Below are positions 8,670 through 17,632 of a DNA stretch of 32,825 nucleotides, piece by piece. The DNA comes from Nanobdellota archaeon (GTDB lineage: Archaea; Nanobdellota; Nanobdellia; Woesearchaeales; JAHIVG01). Under the pieces are notes generated by a model, which worked only from the letters and a program-made list of their open reading frames with translations, was not told where the DNA came from and did not search any database. Position 1 is the stretch's first letter. The number at the start of each line of letters is the position of its first letter. Made by a program: the position numbers and the translations under genes. The stretch spans positions 1 to 32,825 of the forward strand of contig JBDRLS010000103.1 in NCBI GenBank assembly GCA_043812875.1, given 5' to 3'.

Positions 8670-9629
8670 ATGAAAACCGCTCTCATCACGGGAATAACAG
8701 GCCAGGACGGCAGCTATCTCGCAGAGTTCCTGCTCAAAAAAGGCTATAAGGTCTTTGGGATGATCCGCAGGGCGTCCACGGAAAAGTTTGACCGCATTGC
8801 GCATATCAAGCATGAGATCGAGTTCGTGCAAGCAGACCTTTTAGATCAGCTCTCACTTATCACGGCATTGAATGAAAGTTCCCCAGATGAAGTGTATAAT
8901 CTTGCAGCCATGAGCTTTGTGCCGACGTCTTGGTCACAGCCCGTGTTGACAGGAGAGTTCACCGCATTAGGCGTCACTCGGATGCTGGAAGCGATCCGGC
9001 TCGTGAATAAAGACATCAAGTTCTATCAGGCGAGCAGCTCAGAGATGTTCGGAAAGGTCAAAACGTCGCCCCAGAATGAGGAAACGCCGTTCCATCCGCG
9101 AAGCCCGTACGGGGTCGCGAAGACGTATGGACATTTCATCACGGTCAATTATCGGGAGAGCTTCGATATCTTCGGTTGTTCTGGAATCCTTTTTAACCAT
9201 GAAAGCCAGCGACGCGGCCTCGAGTTCGTGACCAGGAAGATCAGCAATGGCGCAGCTATGATCAAGCTCGGATTGGACAATGAATTGAAACTGGGCAATC
9301 TTGAAGCCCAGCGGGACTGGGGCTTTGCCGGAGATTATGTCAAGGCCATGTGGGCGATGCTCCAGCAGAAGGAAGCGGAGGATTTTGTCGTCGGCACAGG
9401 GAAGATGCATTCAGTGCAGGACGCTGTTGACATCGCCTTCAAGCATGTTGACCTTGATCCTGCGAAATATGTGAAGGTCGACAAGAAGTTCATGAGGCCT
9501 GCTGAAGTGGATATGCTCTGCGCTGACTCGAGCAAGGCGAAGAAGAAGCTCGGATGGCAGCCAGAGACCTCCTTTGAGAAGCTCATGAAGATGATGGTTG
9601 ACAACGATCTTAAGATGTTGAAACAATGA
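8670..9629 (+). CDS. gmd: GDP-mannose 4,6-dehydratase
   Basis: ALITGITGQDGSYLAE, YQASSSEMFG, PRSPYGVAK, LFNHES, FVTRKI and RDWG; TATA 8640-8647. Confidence 0.96.
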   Translation: MKTALITGITGQDGSYLAEFLLKKGYKVFGMIRRASTEKFDRIAHIKHEIEFVQADLLDQLSLITALNESSPDEVYNLAAMSFVPTSWSQPVLTGEFTALGVTRMLEAIRLVNKDIKFYQASSSEMFGKVKTSPQNEETPFHPRSPYGVAKTYGHFITVNYRESFDIFGCSGILFNHESQRRGLEFVTRKISNGAAMIKLGLDNELKLGNLEAQRDWGFAGDYVKAMWAMLQQKEAEDFVVGTGKMHSVQDAVDIAFKHVDLDPAKYVKVDKKFMRPAEVDMLCADSSKAKKKLGWQPETSFEKLMKMMVDNDLKMLKQ

Positions 9630-10510
9630 AGGTCATCATAACAGGCAGCAGCGGGTTTGTCGGACCGTGGCTGCGGAGGGCATTTTCTGAACATGATGTA
9701 GTAGGCATTGACCGGCATGATGCTGAGCATGTTGCCGATATCCTTGATTTCGGAGAAATGAAAGCCGTCTTTTCTCAGGAGAAGCCGGAGTGGGTGGTGC
9801 ATCTCGCTGCGCAGAGCTCTGTCGCCCGGAGCTGGGAACATCCAGAAGAGACGATGAATGTGAATGTCGAGGGGACGAGGAATGTCCTCGACGCTGCCGG
9901 AGATGCGAAAGTCCTTGTCATCGGCTCGGCAGAGGTTTACGGCATCCCCCAGATCCTGCCGATTACAGAAGATCACACATTGACTCCCATCTCCCCCTAC
10001 GGGCAGTCCCGAAAGGCGCAGGAAAAGCTGGTGCAGGAATATATTCATAGGGGAAAGAACATCGTCATATCCAGGAGTTTTTCCCATACTGGACCTGGGC
10101 AGTTGCCCCAGTTTGTGTGCTCTGAATTCGCAAAAGCGATCGCAGAGATCGAGAACGGAGATCGAGAAGAGATCATCAAGACTGGTGATGGAAGCATCAA
10201 GCGCGACTTCACTGATGTCAGAGACATAGTCGTGGCATACCGCCTTGCGCTGGAGAAGGCGAGGCCTGGAGTTTACAATATCTGCTCAGGCAGGTCTTAC
10301 AGCATCCGGGATATCTTGGATAGGCTGCTCGAACACAGTTCTGCCGATGTGAAGATTGTCGAGGATGAGACCAAGATTAGGAAAGCGGACATCCCTGATC
10401 TTTGCGGGGATGCAGGGAAGTTCAATAAAGAGACAGGATGGAAACCAGAGATACGCTTTTCCCAAACATTAAAGGATCTCCTCGAGTACTGGAGACAGCA
10501 TCTTAGCTGA
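9626..10510 (+). CDS. rmd: GDP-4-keto-6-deoxy-D-mannose reductase-like extended SDR (GDP-D-rhamnose or 6-deoxy-talose)
   Basis: GSSGFVG, HLAAQSSV..SW, GSAEVYG, HTGPGQ and RDFTDVRD; coupled to gmd by ATGA. Confidence 0.75.
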   Translation: MKVIITGSSGFVGPWLRRAFSEHDVVGIDRHDAEHVADILDFGEMKAVFSQEKPEWVVHLAAQSSVARSWEHPEETMNVNVEGTRNVLDAAGDAKVLVIGSAEVYGIPQILPITEDHTLTPISPYGQSRKAQEKLVQEYIHRGKNIVISRSFSHTGPGQLPQFVCSEFAKAIAEIENGDREEIIKTGDGSIKRDFTDVRDIVVAYRLALEKARPGVYNICSGRSYSIRDILDRLLEHSSADVKIVEDETKIRKADIPDLCGDAGKFNKETGWKPEIRFSQTLKDLLEYWRQHLS

Positions 10511-11198
10511 ATCTCAGTTTAAGGATCCTCCACAGGTTACTCAGCAAGATTTTCCCATCGAGTTTAGATGTTCCAGCAATACGTTGGTGGAAGAGGATAG
10601 GCACTTCCTTGATCTTTATCCTCCGTCGATGGGCACGATATAATACTTCAGTGATGATGAACGGATCAGGCGCTTTCAGGCTGTAAGGATCGATGGCTTG
10701 AAGCCCTGCCCGGGTAAAGCATCGGTAACCTGATGTCGGATCCTTGATCGTGATGCCCAGAACAAAAAAGATGTATGCGCGCGCGAGTTCAGTCAGAAGA
10801 TGGCGTCCGATTCCCCGCTCAATGTCCTTGCCGCCGCACACGTTTCTTGAGCCGACCGCTAGATCTGCTGATTCTGCAGCTTTCAGCAATCGAGGGATGT
10901 ATCGGGGATCATGACTGAAGTCCGCGTCCATCTCGATTATCCTTTCTGCTCCATGCTCAAGGCAATAGAGAAAGCCATCTCTCCCGGCATGCCCCCTCCC
11001 ACGGTTTTTTTTCCTAAGGAGGAGATGGACATTCCGATGTTTCTTGGCAAGGTCTTGAACGATTTTCCAGGTTTGATCAGGACTGTTATCATCAAGAACG
11101 ACGATGTGGAGCTTAGGAATGTTCAATGCGAGAATGACTTCAATCAGCTTAGCAATATTTTCCTTCTCATTATAGGTAGGAAGCATGACATAAATCAT
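10503..11198 (-). CDS. Polyprenol-monophosphomannose synthase-like GT2
   Basis: LPTYNEKENI, DDNSPDQT, EMDADFSHDP, DPTSGYR and R..GTSKL; ATG 11198 lies 23 nt from TATA 11222-11229. Confidence 0.88.
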   Translation of the reverse strand: MIYVMLPTYNEKENIAKLIEVILALNIPKLHIVVLDDNSPDQTWKIVQDLAKKHRNVHLLLRKKNRGRGHAGRDGFLYCLEHGAERIIEMDADFSHDPRYIPRLLKAAESADLAVGSRNVCGGKDIERGIGRHLLTELARAYIFFVLGITIKDPTSGYRCFTRAGLQAIDPYSLKAPDPFIITEVLYRAHRRRIKIKEVPILFHQRIAGTSKLDGKILLSNLWRILKLRFS

Positions 11199-11224
11199 GG
11201 GTTGAATGGAAAAGAAAGGCATAT

Positions 11225-12229
11225 TTAAAGGTTTGGAACGATGGTGTGTAATGTATCGATGATCATATCTATCGTGATGGCGTCGCTGCAGTTCGGGGAA
11301 TGGCTTTCTTTCTTGTAGCAGCAGTAACAGTCGATGTCTGGGAAGATTTTCTCGCCGAGCCCATAGAGCTCGATCTCTGAAGCAGATGTGGGGCCGAAGA
11401 AGGCGATGATCTTTCGCTTGAGCGCAATAGCTATGTGGAGGGCGAGGCTGTCGCTCGTTATGAGAAGATCGACTGCAGCGAGTTTTGCTGCGAATATTCT
11501 TACTGGGTTGTTTGTACCAGCGTCGATGATTGTGCAGGTGGCTTTTTCCATGATCTCTTGATTTCGCTCTTTCTCTTCTGGGCCGCCGAAGAGGACAATC
11601 TTTGCTTTTGGCGCGAGGAGTTCTGCTAGCTCCACTGTTTTTTCAATGCTGAGGCGTTTGAGGGGCCAGCGCTTGCCCGCACCGGTATTCAATCCTAGGG
11701 TGAACTTGTCTTCAAGAGCATGTTCTTTTTTGAATGATTGTGTGATCCCCTTTTCATCGTCGGTGAGATTGAAAATAGTCTCGCTCTTCACTGGCTTGAT
11801 GCCGATGATCTTCAGGATGTGCTGCTGATAGGTGAGCGTGTTCTGTTTCTTTAGGACATCATTCATTGGTTTCGGGCCTAACGCGGACATGCGATAGTAT
11901 TGCTCTGCGTCAGGGGTATAGGCAACGCCGTCATCCCAATAGAAACCTTTGAACAAGATCGCATCGGCTTTGAGTTCTGCGGCTATCTTGCAGGCTTGCT
12001 CGTCCTCATCAAGGCTGATGACAAAATCGAACTTTTTAGGGGAGAAGTTCTCTACAGCAATGAGTTCATGGATGAATGGATTGTGTTCGAGGAGGGGGAT
12101 TGCAGTCTCCTTTGTTATCCAGGTGATTTTAGCAGTGGGATGGATCTCTTTGAGGCCTTGGAGAATGCATGTCGTTCTCAGTACATCACCTGCCGCGCCG
12201 AGCTTGATGATGGCTATGCTCTGGATCAT
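11225..12229 (-). CDS. Glycosyltransferase family 9 (ADP-heptose heptosyltransferase-like)
   Basis: IKLGAAGDVLRTT, NTGAGKRWP, GGPEE, TSDSLALHIAIAL, FFGPT and CYCC. Confidence 0.88.
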   Translation of the reverse strand: MIQSIAIIKLGAAGDVLRTTCILQGLKEIHPTAKITWITKETAIPLLEHNPFIHELIAVENFSPKKFDFVISLDEDEQACKIAAELKADAILFKGFYWDDGVAYTPDAEQYYRMSALGPKPMNDVLKKQNTLTYQQHILKIIGIKPVKSETIFNLTDDEKGITQSFKKEHALEDKFTLGLNTGAGKRWPLKRLSIEKTVELAELLAPKAKIVLFGGPEEKERNQEIMEKATCTIIDAGTNNPVRIFAAKLAAVDLLITSDSLALHIAIALKRKIIAFFGPTSASEIELYGLGEKIFPDIDCYCCYKKESHSPNCSDAITIDMIIDTLHTIVPNL

Positions 12230-12304
12230 GCATAGACGAGCGGGGGAGGAGATAAAAAGGTTTCGCTCGTAAACCTTAAATAGTCACAGATGATTTTTCT
12301 GTGC

Positions 12305-13327
12305 ATGAAGATCGCCTTGCTTACGCCGACGTTCTTGTTCTACTCAGGAATAGATAGGCTTGTAGAGGGGAATGCACAGGAGCTCATGAAGAAAGGACAT
12401 GAGGTCATGATCATGACCTTGCATGCAGAGATGAAGAGCAATGCGAATGTGGTCGAGTTGGGTATGCCGAAGGATGCCACTCTTCAAAGGATATTTCGTC
12501 TGTTCTTCTATGATCGAGGCAAGATCATCCAGGCAGCGAAAATGCTGAAGGGATATGACAAGGTCGTGTCCTATTTTTATCCCATGAATCTCATTGCGAA
12601 AGAGGCGAAGAAACGCTATGGGTGCCATTATCAATATTATAATGCAGGAGTCACGTGGCCCTATCTGTTTTCGAATCCGTTTGAAAGAGCCTACATGTGG
12701 CTTTTCACGAAATTCACGAATCGGTCGGTGAAAGGATGTGATAGCGCAGTATCCATCAGTGAGTTCCTTCGGGGAGTGCTAAAGAGAGAGACTGGAGTTG
12801 ACAGTGAGGTAAGGTATATTCCTGTGGACAAGAAACGGTTCAACAGGAAAGTGAGGGACAAGGAGATCAGGTATAGGCTGCTCCTCGGGAAGGATCCTGT
12901 ACTGTTGTATGTCGGCCGGATATCACCACATAAGGGCATCCATGATCTGATTGGTGCATATAAAATTGCGAAAAAAAGGATTCCGAACCTTTGGCTTGTT
13001 CTTGTGGGCAAGCATACGTTTCCAGAGTATTCGAAGAGATTGAAGGCAATGGCAGATAAGCAAGTGCTGTTCGAGGATTTCGTGCCTGATCGGCTGCTGC
13101 CAGAGTATTATGCTGCCTCGACGCTGTATGTTACTGCCTCTTATTGGGAGGGGTATGACATTCCGGTTGTCGAGGCGCAATCGTGTGGTAAGAGAGTTGT
13201 CGCCTATGACGCAGGATCGCATCCAGAGGTCGTCAAAGAGGGAACACTTGTCAAGACCGGTGATGTGAATGGGTTTGCGGCGGCTATTGTGGAAGAGGTC
13301 GGCGGAACATTTAAAAAAAGGAGTTGA
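12305..13327 (+). CDS. Glycosyltransferase family 4
   Basis: YVGRISPHKG and EGYDIPVVEA (E-x7-E); TATA 12275-12282 supports ATG 12305. Confidence 0.9.
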   Translation: MKIALLTPTFLFYSGIDRLVEGNAQELMKKGHEVMIMTLHAEMKSNANVVELGMPKDATLQRIFRLFFYDRGKIIQAAKMLKGYDKVVSYFYPMNLIAKEAKKRYGCHYQYYNAGVTWPYLFSNPFERAYMWLFTKFTNRSVKGCDSAVSISEFLRGVLKRETGVDSEVRYIPVDKKRFNRKVRDKEIRYRLLLGKDPVLLYVGRISPHKGIHDLIGAYKIAKKRIPNLWLVLVGKHTFPEYSKRLKAMADKQVLFEDFVPDRLLPEYYAASTLYVTASYWEGYDIPVVEAQSCGKRVVAYDAGSHPEVVKEGTLVKTGDVNGFAAAIVEEVGGTFKKRS

Positions 13328-13339
13328 GTTCTTGGTTTC

Positions 13340-14329
13340 ATGGCAACATGCTTGGTGACAGGCGGCGCAGGCTTCATGGGAAGCCATGTGGTAGATGAAC
13401 TCCTGAAGATGGGACACAAGGTTGTGGCCCTTGATGACCTCAGCGGGGGATATAAGGAGAATGTCAATCCTAAAGCAAGGTTTGTTGAAGGAAGCATCAC
13501 TGATTATGAGCTGATCAAGAAGCTCTTTGAGGAGCACAAGTTCGATTATGTCTATCATCTTGCAGCGTACGCTGCAGAAGGGCTTTCTCATTTCATCAAG
13601 CGGTTCAACTATGATAATAACCTGATCGGCAGCGTGAATCTGATCAATTGTGCCGTCAATCATGATGTGAAATGTTTTGTGTTCACCTCTTCCATTGCTG
13701 TGTATGGCAAAGGACAAGTCCCTTATACGGAAGAGGTTGTGCCGAAGCCTGAAGACAGCTATGGTATTGCAAAGTATGCTGTTGAATTGGATTTGAAGGA
13801 GAGCTTCCAGATGTTTGGATTACCTTATATTATTTTTAGACCGCATAATGTGTACGGTGAAAAACAGAATACAGGGGATAAATATCGGAATGTCATTGGG
13901 ATCTTCATGAATAACATCATGCTGAAGAAGCCATTGGTTGTGTTTGGCGATGGAGAACAAACGCGGGCGTTTACCCATATTGAGGATATTGCTCCGATCA
14001 TCGCGAAATCTCCATTTGTCAAGGAAGCGTACAATCAAGTGTTCAATGTCGGTGCGGACAAGCCGTACTCGGTGAATGAACTTGCCAAGGAAGTGTGTTC
14101 TGCATTCGGGGTTGATGCCAAGATCAAGCATGTCGAGGCGCGGAATGAAGTGGTGGATGCCTATTCATCCCATGATAAGGTGAGGAAGGTGTTCGGCAGC
14201 AAGGAACCGCTTTCTCTCAAGGAAGGCATCCAGAAGATGTCCGCCTGGGCGAAGGAAGTCGGGCCTCGGCAAAGTACTGAGTTTGGTGAGATTGAAATCA
14301 TGAAGAATCTGCCGCCGAGCTGGCTTTGA
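13340..14329 (+). CDS. NAD-dependent nucleotide-sugar epimerase/dehydratase (GalE-like extended SDR)
   Basis: VTGGAGFMGSH, HLAAYAAEG, TSSIAVYG, YGIAK and GDGEQTRAF; TATA 13310-13317 lies inside the upstream gene. Confidence 0.9.
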   Translation: MATCLVTGGAGFMGSHVVDELLKMGHKVVALDDLSGGYKENVNPKARFVEGSITDYELIKKLFEEHKFDYVYHLAAYAAEGLSHFIKRFNYDNNLIGSVNLINCAVNHDVKCFVFTSSIAVYGKGQVPYTEEVVPKPEDSYGIAKYAVELDLKESFQMFGLPYIIFRPHNVYGEKQNTGDKYRNVIGIFMNNIMLKKPLVVFGDGEQTRAFTHIEDIAPIIAKSPFVKEAYNQVFNVGADKPYSVNELAKEVCSAFGVDAKIKHVEARNEVVDAYSSHDKVRKVFGSKEPLSLKEGIQKMSAWAKEVGPRQSTEFGEIEIMKNLPPSWL

Positions 14330-14369
14330 GAAACGGCGGCGTTGGAATTCAAGAGAAGGTCTTTCTGCA

Positions 14370-17300
14370 TTAGGTATGTCCTATAGGAAAATCTGGGTTC
14401 TCCATACAAGATCCGTCTGGCATGCACATTGAAAAGGGAGGACAACCACAGACCTCACAATCCTGAATATATTCTCCGTCAAGACAAAAATCAGGCTTGT
14501 TCCCTGAACAGGAACCATGGAATGCCTCCGGACAATTGGATGAATAATAACCAGTGTGACCGGCATCATAAACATATTGGGACCACTCTACGTCATGAGG
14601 ATCATAATCATCAGCAATTATAAAGGCATAGGTAGCGTCTCTGGTCACGACAATCATTTCCAACGCCCCATTCCGATCAATATCGCCTATTGCTGGAGTG
14701 TAGACTCGGCTATCAAACTCAAAGTCATGAAGGAGGCTGCCTTCTGCCGAATAGACCTGGATCCCCTCATAAACGGCCGTAACAAGCTCAAGTCGACCAT
14801 CATTAGTGATGTCAACGAGGAGGCCGCTCGAAGTACTGTCAGTTAGAGGATTGTCAAATTCAATGGGCCAACCTGGTATAATTGAACCATCATTTTCCCA
14901 GGCAAACGTCTTTGTCCTGCTTCCTCCTATGATCTCAAGATCCCCGTCATCGTCGATATCACCAATCGAGGGAGAGGATAATACGGCTTCACCGACCAGT
15001 TTTGGCCAGCCCTCGAGAAGCGTCCCGTCAGAGCGGAATGCATAGAAGTTTTGGTCATAGCTCCCGATGAAAATCTCACGCAGACCATCATCATCTATGT
15101 CTGCGATAGCTGCTGGTGCGTGGGTACCACCGAATTCCTGAGGCCACCCATCCATCACTGAGCCATCATGATGGTATACGATGATTTCTCCTTGATCCTC
15201 GCTCGCAAAAACTATTTCAGAAAGACCGTCACCATCAATATCGCCAATTGATGGAAAGTAGTAACGATCAACAAAAAAATCAATCTCTTGCGGCCAACCG
15301 GATACTTCGCTACCATCAGCGTTGAATACGGTCACATACATCTGATCAGTAAGTTTATAGGCCAAAACAAGCTCATCATAACCATCATGGTCAACGTCAC
15401 CCAACGAGGGAGCTGAATGTACATACCCAATGAATAGAGGCCAACCCTCAACAATCGTGCCATTTGTGTAGTAAGCGTTTAATCCTCCAGCCCCATAACC
15501 CACCAATTCAGTGCGCTCATCCCCGATGATGTTGCCCGCATCCATAATAGATAGGTAATTTGTTTCAGGCCAACCGTCAAGCACTGATCCATTCAATTCG
15601 TAAATATAGCTAAATATATCTGGGGCAATGATCTCATCAACCCCATCGGCATCGACATCGACAAGAAGAGGAGGAAAACCTGCCCCCGCGACAGGCCAAC
15701 CTATCGATACAGAAGGATCGATGAAAATATTTGCCATGTCTATCACGCTGCCGAAGCGCTTATCAGCCGAGGAGTAAACAATAAGTCGGATCGTGTTGCT
15801 CGCACTCACTTCAAGCTCTGAGGGGTCTAGGGTACCAAGCACACCATCAATCACTGGTGCACTTGATGAAGCGAATATATGCCACTGGTCAGGGTAGGGA
15901 CCGAGGCCATACTCAAGTGTATATTGCAGAAAGGGATTGCTGAATGCTGATCCCCTTATCTCTATGGGTTCTGAGCCAAAATAAGATTGATCATCAAGGG
16001 AAGCATCAATTCTCGCGACAGGCACTAAATCATAGGACAATGCCTTAAAGGCATTGATCCTTCCCGTGCCAAAATAATAATCAGACGTCACAGGATCGAC
16101 CGCAGAATGCACCAAAGTCATAATCTGATCAACTGAAAACTCAGGATGCCTTGACTTGACCAGCCCGATGATTCCCGAAACGAGCGGAGTCGCGATGGAA
16201 GTCCCCGCCCCATCCTCATACACATCTCCCGGCTGCGTTGATCTAATCGAGACCCCTGGCGCAGCGACATCCACCCAAGAACCAAAATTAGACCCCCACA
16301 TCCCCCCATAACCATTCACCCGCGAATCATCAACCTCTGTGGCACCAACGGCGATGACTTCAGGATACGCAGCAGGATACCGTCTATAATTGAGGTTTTC
16401 ATTCCCCGCAGCCGAAACCTGGACCCTCCCCAGATTATAAGCATAAAGCACAGCCGCATGCATCACATCCGTTTCAGGTGTATTAACACTCATGCTCAAT
16501 ATGCCAGCGCCATTATCAACCGCATATTCGATTGCAGGAGCAATGACCCAGTGACCACCATAAGACTTGAGCCCCATAATCTGACAATGCATACAAGTAT
16601 TCACCACACCAATGCCATTATCACCAACAGCTGAAGCAGCACCCGCTGACCGAGTGCCATGCCCGACATGATCCGGAGCAATAACATCCACCTGATTGTT
16701 ATCATCAACAAAATTCCAGCCGACAAAGTCATCAGCAAAGCCGTTCCCATCGTCATCAACGCCATTGACGTCATCTTGGTCGAACTGCCATTCACCGACG
16801 ACAAATTCAAGGACAGCACCATCGCCATCCGCATCCTCTCCAAGATTCTGCCACATGTTCTCAACAAGATCCTCATGATGATAAGAGATATCTGTGTCAA
16901 TCACAGCAATGACAACATCAGGAGAACCCCGCTCAACATCCCATGCTAACGCTGACTGCAGATTATTATGATGCCACCGGGGATAGAAGATGTCATCAGG
17001 AGCAAAAGGAACATCGCCGATATAAGCAGGTTCAGCAGAAGCAATATCAGCATCACGGGCATACCCCTCAACAAGTCGCAAAATGTCCGCATCATCACCT
17101 ACCTTAACCTCATAAAAAAGATGCATCCCCAAGCGCCGCTTCTCAGCAACATCACCCTGATCCATGTTGAAGACAGGTCGAGCATCAAGAGGGCTATGGG
17201 CATCAAGAAGAGCATTGCCGGATGCGATAGCGGTCAGCTCATCGAGTGCATCATCGGCAGTATCGATGTCTGAACCTTCAGTAAATTTCACCACAAACAC

Positions 17301-17507
17301 ACCAGGGATAATTTGGTCAGCAGCATTGTACGTCGAGAGCTCCAGTTCACCGGGAGCATCACCCATGATCTCTGGGATCTTGATCCGTTCGCCGACGAGA
17401 TGCTCCTGAGAACTGAAAGAAAGATAGAATAATGAAGAAATGATCACCATAAAGAGCAGGACGATGACAAGACCATGATGCCGATTATTCCCTCCTTTTC
17501 TGGCCAT
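14370..17507 (-). CDS. Membrane-anchored or secreted S8 subtilase with FG-GAP/VCBS-like repeats and a Cys-rich tail
   Basis: N-terminal TM; triad motifs AVIDTD, HGTRSAG and GTSIATP; oxyanion AAGN; DDDGNGFADD loop; repeated GWP and GDxDxDG; ATG 17507 lies 22 nt from TATA 17530-17537. Confidence 0.9.
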   Translation of the reverse strand: MARKGGNNRHHGLVIVLLFMVIISSLFYLSFSSQEHLVGERIKIPEIMGDAPGELELSTYNAADQIIPGVFVVKFTEGSDIDTADDALDELTAIASGNALLDAHSPLDARPVFNMDQGDVAEKRRLGMHLFYEVKVGDDADILRLVEGYARDADIASAEPAYIGDVPFAPDDIFYPRWHHNNLQSALAWDVERGSPDVVIAVIDTDISYHHEDLVENMWQNLGEDADGDGAVLEFVVGEWQFDQDDVNGVDDDGNGFADDFVGWNFVDDNNQVDVIAPDHVGHGTRSAGAASAVGDNGIGVVNTCMHCQIMGLKSYGGHWVIAPAIEYAVDNGAGILSMSVNTPETDVMHAAVLYAYNLGRVQVSAAGNENLNYRRYPAAYPEVIAVGATEVDDSRVNGYGGMWGSNFGSWVDVAAPGVSIRSTQPGDVYEDGAGTSIATPLVSGIIGLVKSRHPEFSVDQIMTLVHSAVDPVTSDYYFGTGRINAFKALSYDLVPVARIDASLDDQSYFGSEPIEIRGSAFSNPFLQYTLEYGLGPYPDQWHIFASSSAPVIDGVLGTLDPSELEVSASNTIRLIVYSSADKRFGSVIDMANIFIDPSVSIGWPVAGAGFPPLLVDVDADGVDEIIAPDIFSYIYELNGSVLDGWPETNYLSIMDAGNIIGDERTELVGYGAGGLNAYYTNGTIVEGWPLFIGYVHSAPSLGDVDHDGYDELVLAYKLTDQMYVTVFNADGSEVSGWPQEIDFFVDRYYFPSIGDIDGDGLSEIVFASEDQGEIIVYHHDGSVMDGWPQEFGGTHAPAAIADIDDDGLREIFIGSYDQNFYAFRSDGTLLEGWPKLVGEAVLSSPSIGDIDDDGDLEIIGGSRTKTFAWENDGSIIPGWPIEFDNPLTDSTSSGLLVDITNDGRLELVTAVYEGIQVYSAEGSLLHDFEFDSRVYTPAIGDIDRNGALEMIVVTRDATYAFIIADDYDPHDVEWSQYVYDAGHTGYYSSNCPEAFHGSCSGNKPDFCLDGEYIQDCEVCGCPPFSMCMPDGSCMENPDFPIGHT
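14620..15710 (-). repeat. About seven protein-level FG-GAP-like repeats (probable beta-propeller); boundaries approximate
   Basis: Seven GWP motifs alternating with DVDADG, DVDHDG, DIDGDG, DIDDDG, DIDDDG, DITNDG and DIDRNG. Confidence 0.7.
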
Positions 17508-17632
17508 GGCGGTGATATGACCAATATTTAATATAAAGGTTGCGAAAAAAAGCAAAGGCACATTCCATTCATTCAAAAGGAACAGGTTATTAACAGGGAG
17601 ATTAAAATGGTTCGTGCTGCTCGGAAAATGAG

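Noticed and set aside
1922-12229. Interpretation as a Gram-negative LPS core locus
   Set aside because: Promoters are TATA-type and leaderless, class III signal peptides are present, and no lipid A or Kdo transferase genes are seen
13340-14329. Calling this SDR hldD
   Set aside because: The sequence resembles generic GalE-like epimerases and I do not recognise HldD-specific motifs; the function is left open
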